Below are positions 56,382 through 64,000 of a stretch of 64,000 bases of DNA, piece by piece. The translations under genes were made by a program, and so were the position numbers. Numbering within the stretch: the stretch's first letter is position 1; each line of letters opens with the position of its first letter. Origin of the DNA: Eledone cirrhosa (lineage: Eukaryota); assembly GCA_964016885.1 (NCBI GenBank), contig OZ024746.1, positions 9,052,001 to 9,116,000 of the forward strand, given 5' to 3'. Below the pieces are notes generated by a model, which had not been told where the DNA came from, did not search any database, and saw nothing but the letters and a program-made list of their open reading frames with translations.

Positions 56382-57496
56382 TAGATGGATGGATTGATTT
56401 GAATGTATACATATATTTTTCAAATACAAAAATAGATAATAGAAAATATAGGCTAAAGGATGAAATACAGTGTGTATATTTGAGTGTGTGAAAATCAAAA
56501 TAGTAGATAAGTTGGATGCGCTATATTTTTGAAGCTTGGAATCTACATATCGGATTTTTGGTTTATTTTGGTAATGCAAAATTAAAATATTGGCTTTTGA
56601 CATTGATTTTCTTTCTTACTGATCAATATTGACCTTTAATAAACATCTCATTATTCTCAATAACTAACAAAAATTCGTACAAATTTACATACACCATAAA
56701 TACAACATATATACACGCTTAGAAAACCATTACTAATTTCCCAGGAACCTTTTACTTAGTATCACCATCAAATCTGTATCCGATACAACAAAAGCTATTA
56801 TTACCATTATTATTCTGTCGATATCTGGCAAGTGGCAGTAATTATCGACTGTTGGATTTAATATATTTTATTTTATGCTACTTTATTTTATTTTTTTTTA
56901 ATATCGATTATTTTGAAGAGAAAGGACAGAGACCATGAGCCTTTAGATGTCATTTATGACTGGTGGTAGAAAGGGAAGTAGTTATTCCCGAGCAAGAAAC
57001 CTGGTCGAAATCCTTGCAAAGGATTATATTCCGTTTAATACAACGTCTATTTCGACAGCGCAACCACATCGTTCTTGATTATCGTTAGCGGAGTTTATTC
57101 TTTGATAAGAATTCAGGCAAGGATGTTAAATTGGCAGAATCGTTGGTCGCCGGATGAAATGCAGTTATATGTATTCCATAACATATTGCCAGTTGTCTCA
57201 GGTACTGGCTGGAATAGTTACAGTAATATCTGTCATTGACTATTATTGTTTTGAACTGATGAAGTTTATTTTTTGATAAAGTTAGTATTTGTTTTCAAGT
57301 CTCCAATCTCTCCGCTATAACTGTCACCCATAAGAAAACATTCGTTTCTTTTAAATATATAGAAGCTTCGTATATTTTAAGGAAAGAATATATAAAAGTT
57401 TGGTTTATGTGTATATGAATGACATAATAGTCATCCATGAAAGGACATAGATCTAACCGAGTATTGAAACTTACATTGCCATCTATCCCTATCACA

Positions 57497-57573
<77 letters not shown>

Positions 57574-57676
57574 TAAAAGGAATTCCAACTTTGTCTGATT
57601 TACTCGTTTTATTTACAATCCTTTAAAATTATTATAATGAAATAGTATGGTAGAATATTAAATGTTAAGTGCTAAT

Positions 57677-57715
57677 TGAACAAGTACTTTCATGCTTTCG
57701 CAATCTTCAGGTTCA
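57677..57715 (-). ncRNA. Minimal type I hammerhead ribozyme
   Basis: Exact reverse complement of 57804-57842. Confidence 0.7.
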
Positions 57716-57803
57716 TATTCTGTGGTGACAGTCAAGTTTGCAATTTTCATAGTCTGTGGTGACAGTTGAAAATTGCAAACTTGACTGAGTATGAACCTGA
57801 ATA

Positions 57804-57842
57804 TGAACCTGAAGATTGCGAAAGCATGAAAGTACTTGTTCA
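57804..57842 (+). ncRNA. Minimal type I hammerhead ribozyme
   Basis: TGAAC-CTGAAGA-tTGC gaaa GCAt-GAAA-GTAC-TT-GTTCA; perfect 5-bp stem I, GNRA loop, palindromic stem III AAGTACTT. Confidence 0.7.
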
Positions 57843-58072
57843 ATTAACACTTAACATTTAATATTCTACCATACTATTTCATTCTAATATCATTATAATT
57901 TTAAAGGATTGTAAATAAAACGAGTAAATCAGACAAAGTTGGAATTCCTTTTATTAATATAATCTTCTATACACAATCATACACACTTGTGTATGTATGT
58001 ATGTATGTATGTATGTATGTATGTATGTATGTATGTATGTATGTATGTATGTATGTATGTATGTATGTATGC

Positions 58073-58685
58073 TGTGTCAGGTCACCAGTTGGTGCTACTG
58101 GTAACATGTATCCCAGTACAACCTGTCTCATGGTCGGGTCGTTGGCGACTAAACTGGCAACCCCACCAAGGTTTCTTGGTGAGGAGGGTGGCTTTGGACA
58201 TCCTGCAGGACTAAAAACAAAACCTGTCAAAAGGCAAAGGGGCTCTTAAGAGTCAATAGCCATCCAAAATCACCGGGAGAGATGACCCCTTAGCCTTTGT
58301 CAAGGCAGAATTCTAGGAGAAGGAAAACTCTGATATAACACCTGCAACCCTGATGGTATCCAATGATGTTGAATTGTTCTTCTTTTTGGTAAATATCATC
58401 TTGGTTAAGAGAGTGGGACTGGCTTTGTGCAGTGCCTTTGCTCACTATAAAAGTTTCACAGCACAGGCATTGCTTTATATCTGGAGATCTCTCTGCACTT
58501 GTCGTCACATGGTACCATGGGCCCAGCACTATGTGTCAATAATTGTCACAAGTGTAGTGTTTGTACCAGAGTTTTCAAGTCGCTGGCTGGACTAAAAAGT
58601 CACATTCGTTCAGCGCATTGGTAGGGGTTCTCCTACATGGATATAAAGTAGTGGCCGTACTCGAAAACGAGTTGGCAGCCACCAT
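58073..58685 (+). mobile_element. Family D, ~610-bp non-coding retroelement-like repeat (longest copy)
   Basis: Near-identical to 59077-59685; contains CTAGGAGAAGGAAAACTCTGA; ends GCAGCCACCAT(GTAT)n; strand assigned from the putative tail. Confidence 0.85.
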
Positions 58686-58694
58686 GTATGTATG

Positions 58695-58728
<34 letters not shown>

Positions 58729-59076
58729 TGTATGTATGTATGTATGTGTGTGTGTATATGTCTGATGTGTATGTGTGTGTGGATGTGTGTGTGTATATGT
58801 GTGATATGTGTGTATGGTGTGTGTGATGTGTATGTGTATATGAGTGGTGTGTGTGTGTATGTGTGTGTGATGTGTGTGTGTGATGTGTGTGATGTGCGTG
58901 TATGTGTGTGATGTGTGTGTATGGTGTGTGTGATGGGTGTGTGTGTATGTGTGTGTATATGTGTGTGAATGTGTGTATGTGTCTGTGTGTCTTATGTGTG
59001 TGTGATGTGTGCGTGTATGTGTGATGTGTATATGTGTATGGTGTGTATATGTGTGTATGTATGTATATATGTGTAT

Positions 59077-59682
59077 GTCAGGTCAACAGCTGGTGCTACT
59101 GGTAACATGTATCCCAGTACAACCTGTCTCATGGTCGGGTCGTTGGCGACTAAACTGGCGACCCCACCAAGGTTTCTTGGTGAGGAGGGTGACTTTGGAT
59201 ATCCTGCAGGACTAAAAACAAAACCTGTCAAAGGGCAAAGGAGCTCTTAAGAGTCAATGGCCATCCAAAATCACCGGGAGAGATGACCCCTTAGCCTTTG
59301 TCAAGGCAGAATTCTAGGAGAAGGAAAACTCTGATATAACACCTGCAACCCTGATGGTATCCAATGATGTTGACTTGTTCTTCTTTTTGGTAAATATCAT
59401 CTTGGTTAAGAGAGTGGGACTGGCTTTGTGCAGTGCCTTTGCTCACTATAAAAGCTTCACGGCACAGGCATTGCTTTATATCTGGAGATCTCTCTGCACT
59501 TGTCGTCACATGGTAACATGAGCCGAGCACTATGTGTCAATAATTGTCACAAGTGTAGTGTTTGTACCAGAGTTTTCAAGTCGCTGGCTGGACTAAAAAG
59601 TCACACTCGTTCAGCGCATCGGTAGGGGTTCTCCTACATGGATATAAAGTAGTGGCCGTACTCGAAAACGAGTTGGCAGCCA

Positions 59683-59685
<3 letters not shown>
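59077..59685 (+). mobile_element. Family D, second long copy
   Basis: Direct repeat of 58077-58685 with scattered substitutions. Confidence 0.85.
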
Positions 59686-59770
<85 letters not shown>

Positions 59771-59830
59771 CTGTGTGTGTCTCCTGTGTTCATTTAGGGG
59801 TAACCACAGTTAGTAAGGTAGTGTAAACAT

Positions 59831-59890
<60 letters not shown>

Positions 59891-60799
59891 CTGTTCTATA
59901 ACAACAAAATACATTGCTACCATACATTAACGTAAAGCCACATTCATTCATGTTGTGTTATGTAATCACCTGAAATGATCCATTATACAATTCGGATTAT
60001 TTTATAAACACTAAAATACTAAAGCTCTTGCCGAATAGATTTGCCTACAAAATGTTCAAGAAGATATCTTTACTTTGCAAGATACGTATTTGGTATCTTT
60101 TCCGTCTCTGCTATTGTAAAATCTCATATAACAAAATATTGACTTTGTGTCTAGTCATATAACAGAATAAATATATTTCTAAAATGTAGCGATAACCAGA
60201 TTATTACTGCATTTTCGATAGGCTTCTATTTCTTATCGAGCATAATGGCAAACATGTTATATAATGTTCACATATATTTGACTATTCCCCGTACTAAATT
60301 GCTATGAAAATTCAGAAAAATATTCTTTGGAGTTGCAAAAATTCTATTAGTTTCTTAATCTTATTTTAGGTTTGAAATGTAGTCTAATTGTTTTGTATTT
60401 TATACATAAATCGAAGAAAAATAAGAGAGAAAATAGTTACGAAAATGTATTCTGCCACGCTCTCTGCCACGCTCTCTGGTATACTGAGAACAAACAGGCG
60501 TTCTTTTTTGTTATACAATTTAGTCCTCGTTTCTATATTACGCCACAGTGATATTGTCTTTCTCTGTTGACATATTATTGTAATATGTCAACTTGGTTAT
60601 ACCTAGAAACCAAGTATTTTACTGACCTAACGGAGGTATTTCATGTGTTATCTAAATGTATGACTGATGTATGTTCAATTCCAACAGTTACTGATAATGA
60701 GGTTAATACGTGTAGGGTTACTTTGAAAATTGAGGTGATACTAATTTCATACAAAGCATTTTTCGGCAATTGGATATAATAACGATGATTATTTTTCTT

Positions 60800-61420
60800 G
60801 TATTCAATTTTGTTGGTCAGGAGGATGGGGTTGTATTCCTGATGTTTCCAGAGCTTCTGGAACCGAAGGGATCCATTCAGATAAGGTTCTGTATGAACAA
60901 TTGCAGGCTGGAGATTCTTGAAAACTCTTAGAGGGAGAACATATTCTACGGAGCAGACGATCTGAGAATGCAAACCTGGCTGTAGGGGTTAGTTTTGGCC
61001 CTGAGAAAATTGACACAATATAAATGACGTGAAGAGACAAGGCGAGTGGTTAAACATTACCTAAGATGATGTGATACGAAAACAGCGGTTGGGGTGTGTT
61101 GGCGAATAACACACATGTCAGTCAATCGACTGGATATGTTTAATATACATTTAGTGCCAGATGTTATTGAAGCACTCTATTGTGGGTTTCACTTGAGCTT
61201 TGTAGACGGGCGTGTATCTAAGTGTTGTTAAGGTTTAGGTTTCAGGTTAAGAACGATATTGATTCCTCAGTATGCGTAATGATTCGGGCTTTGTGGTGTT
61301 GAGCGAGACAGGTTTTACATGAACACATTGGTGGATGCTTTTGAGATCCCTTTTCATTAACGCAGAACAGTTGTGTCACGAAGTGCCTACGACAGTTAGT
61401 GCCTGTAACAGAGAGAAGTG
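60800..61420 (-). pseudogene. Possible highly decayed mariner transposase relic
   Basis: Faint echoes of the YSPDLAPSD motif (TACAGCCAGGTTTGCATTCTCAGAT) and the HDNARPH region; needs several frameshifts. Confidence 0.3.
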
Positions 61421-61693
61421 TTGGTTGAATTGGTAGTAATATATTGCTGAACTATTCTATCTTCCACAAAGAGTTGACAATTAAATTTAACCTAGGTGGA
61501 GTTTCGAAATGAAATATATAGGAACAATCTAAATATTACTTAGGTGTGCCTGCCAACTCCGAACCATATATGTTTAAGAAAATATTGCAAAATATTCTCG
61601 CCAACTATATTACTGGTTCTAATGGTAGGTTCACAATTTTGAACTTCTAGATTACACAGATTTGTTAATTTCAACCAGAGTCATAATATTATA

Positions 61694-61886
61694 GGGTGCG
61701 GTGAATTAGTAGTATCGGTAGAGGGTCGTACGCCATGCTTTCCAGCATAGAGTTACGGTCCTTTACGGTCTGAGTTCAAATCCTGCCGAGGTTAACTTTG
61801 CCTTTCATCCATACGGGCTCGATAAAATAAAGTACCAGTAATGCACTGGGTAATTGCTGGCCTTGTGCCAAAAGTATAAACAATAT
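61694..61886 (+). mobile_element. SINE family A
   Basis: Consensus match. Confidence 0.88.
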
Positions 61887-64000
61887 TAGAGAGTGTACAT
61901 CCAGGTCTACCGACATGGTACTAATAAAAGCTGATTATATTTAAAGTGATGTTCAGAGAAAAAAGAAATTCATTCAAATATAATTTACCAACTGGGAATA
62001 GCGATTTTTTAAAACAAAATCTAATATTAAAAATAAGAAAGTAAAGCAAAAACATATATTTGGAAGAGAACTATCAGGGATTTGACTTCTAATCGAATAA
62101 AATATTGAAACGTGGTACTTGTAAATGGAGATAATATTGGCTCGAAATAATTTATCGGAAAAGAAAATTCTGAAAAACAATAGATTTGTAATGAAATTCA
62201 ATAGTTTGGGGTATTATAATAACTAAAATAAAGATTAACTTCTGTTGAAGACTACGCCAGAAACCATAATGAAAAATCAACCCATGAGTTATAGATCTTC
62301 TAATCAAGAATGTAGTACTTTCATGTTCCATCAAATATATTTCCCCTAATTTAAATAAATGGTGCTAGACACCTTTGAGGGATATCTTCAAATTAGTAAG
62401 ACCTATCTCTTTCTTTTTACTTTTCCTATAGGAATTTTTCTCAGGTTTTTAAGCTATTTAACAAGCTACCAATCATTGATTCAGTTTTGCTCACCAGACG
62501 AAAACTGATGAAGTTAGATGATCGGAATCTAATTATTATATTAATGCTGTGTTATTTCTTTTATTATGTATGAATAGATATTTTGATAACTACACACATA
62601 CATTCAAGTAAATCGACTTCAAAGTATTAAGGATACTTCCATTCATAAATGTTTAGTAATATCAATGTTCAATATTTGTCCATAGGTAAATGAGGAGGTA
62701 ACAAAAATACCACAACACATTTAATTTAGTTCTCTAGTTACTATAAGACGTCTACCGTCAAATACTCGTAAGAAGATGTTTACGTACCCTTACAATTTAA
62801 TAGATTTCATAAATATTTGTAATTATCCGCAAAACTCTTGTTTTGTGGCAATTCCTAATTATCAAACTTATGTGCAGGAAATTAATAGACTAGGTGAAAT
62901 CAAGCTTGACAAATATTTTACTCATTACCGGAAAGTAAATTTCCCAACTAAACACATGTAACACGGAGTCACTTAATACATTTCCATAAAATCCTATGTT
63001 TCTGAAATATAAACTTCTTTTAATAAATATTCTGCTTCTAATTGTTCTTGTTGAGTCCTATGTTATATTTAAACAAAAGCTTTCCAGCCATAAGGATAAC
63101 GATGTCAATGTTTCATTAGACAATGAGTATTATGCCGTATGTTCTTTATTTAGGACTGTAGGGTAAGTTATAATAGAAATTGGGTTGCTGTCAAATACAA
63201 AGCCTCCATAGAATCAGGTCTTATTTCTAGTTTCTACATTAATCTATTCATGAGAGATAGGTCTCACACTGATTATGACAGAAGATTTCCCGGAAGAGAA
63301 TGGTGAATTGTTGAACATATAATTAATTATAAAATAGAGATATAAAAATAACTAGTGCAACTACGAACACCTGCTAATCCGATACTCCCACCATTCAGTC
63401 CACTTTTATTCCTTTAAGATTCATCTGACAGAATCAGCTAATAAACGTCCTATTGGTCGTGTCTATAATTTGATTGATTGGTGGAACAAAGGAAGAAATC
63501 ATCCTCAGTCAAGAGACCTGATCCGAATACTTCTAACAGGAAAGACTTCACTATAGTCATCCGAGGGCTAAATTGTGTAATAAACTGACGAATTATGTTT
63601 ACCAGCCCAAAGCAGTAACCATCGCTGAAATGTATATATTTCCATAGTTTCCATTCATGAAAGCTTACTCACAAGGCTTTGGTTGGTACAACGAAGAAAG
63701 TCATACTCAAAGTGGTTATATGTGGGCTTAAATTCCACAGGATTAAAGATACTCTGATAACGGAGTAACGAATCAGTAACTGAGCAGTAATAGAGACATA
63801 GATTATGATGAAGAATAGAGGAAATTTTCTAGAATTATTAATCTATTAAAGAAATATTTCCACATAGACACACCACTTCATTCAAAACTCTTACAACCCT
63901 TTAGATTGTAGGAAATGGCCAATTGTATAAGTTAATGGCTTTGAAAACAATTTCCGATCACAAAATCTATAGAGTACAGATAAAATCTACTGGGCAGATA

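Larger units (their letters stand above)
57570..57958. mobile_element. ~390-bp palindromic element carrying two divergent hammerheads
   Basis: TAATAAAAGGAATTCCAACTTTGTCTG... mirrored by ...CAGACAAAGTTGGAATTCCTTTTATTA; left end abuts (TA)n. Confidence 0.85.

Noticed and set aside
58077-58160. HDV-like ribozyme at the family D 5' end (CCAGT...CTAA-ACTGG)
   Set aside because: P1 and P3 could not be paired, and the divergent copy near 3.6 kb breaks the putative P2; a covariance-model search would be needed

Overview
Very AT-rich, microsatellite-saturated animal DNA. The repeat families resemble those of coleoid cephalopods (Octopus-like); this is inferred from pattern recognition, not a database match. 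No intact host protein-coding gene is recognisable, and nearly all supplied ORFs are microsatellite artefacts. The window is a retroelement graveyard: about 13 clear copies of a tRNA-derived SINE, a second SINE family, a frameshifted CR1-group LINE, two R4/Dong-like restriction-like-endonuclease fragments, RTE fragments, a ~610-bp non-coding repeat family sitting in (GTAT)n tracts, a small Tc1/mariner-type MITE and a Penelope-type GIY-YIG remnant. The most interesting hidden layer is a set of short inserts in (TA)n tracts. Many are fold-back palindromes, and several carry minimal type I hammerhead ribozyme cores from unrelated families with recurring non-canonical features. These look like Penelope-like pseudo-LTR remnants. 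All folding and alignment was done by eye; boundaries are approximate unless junction sequences are quoted.
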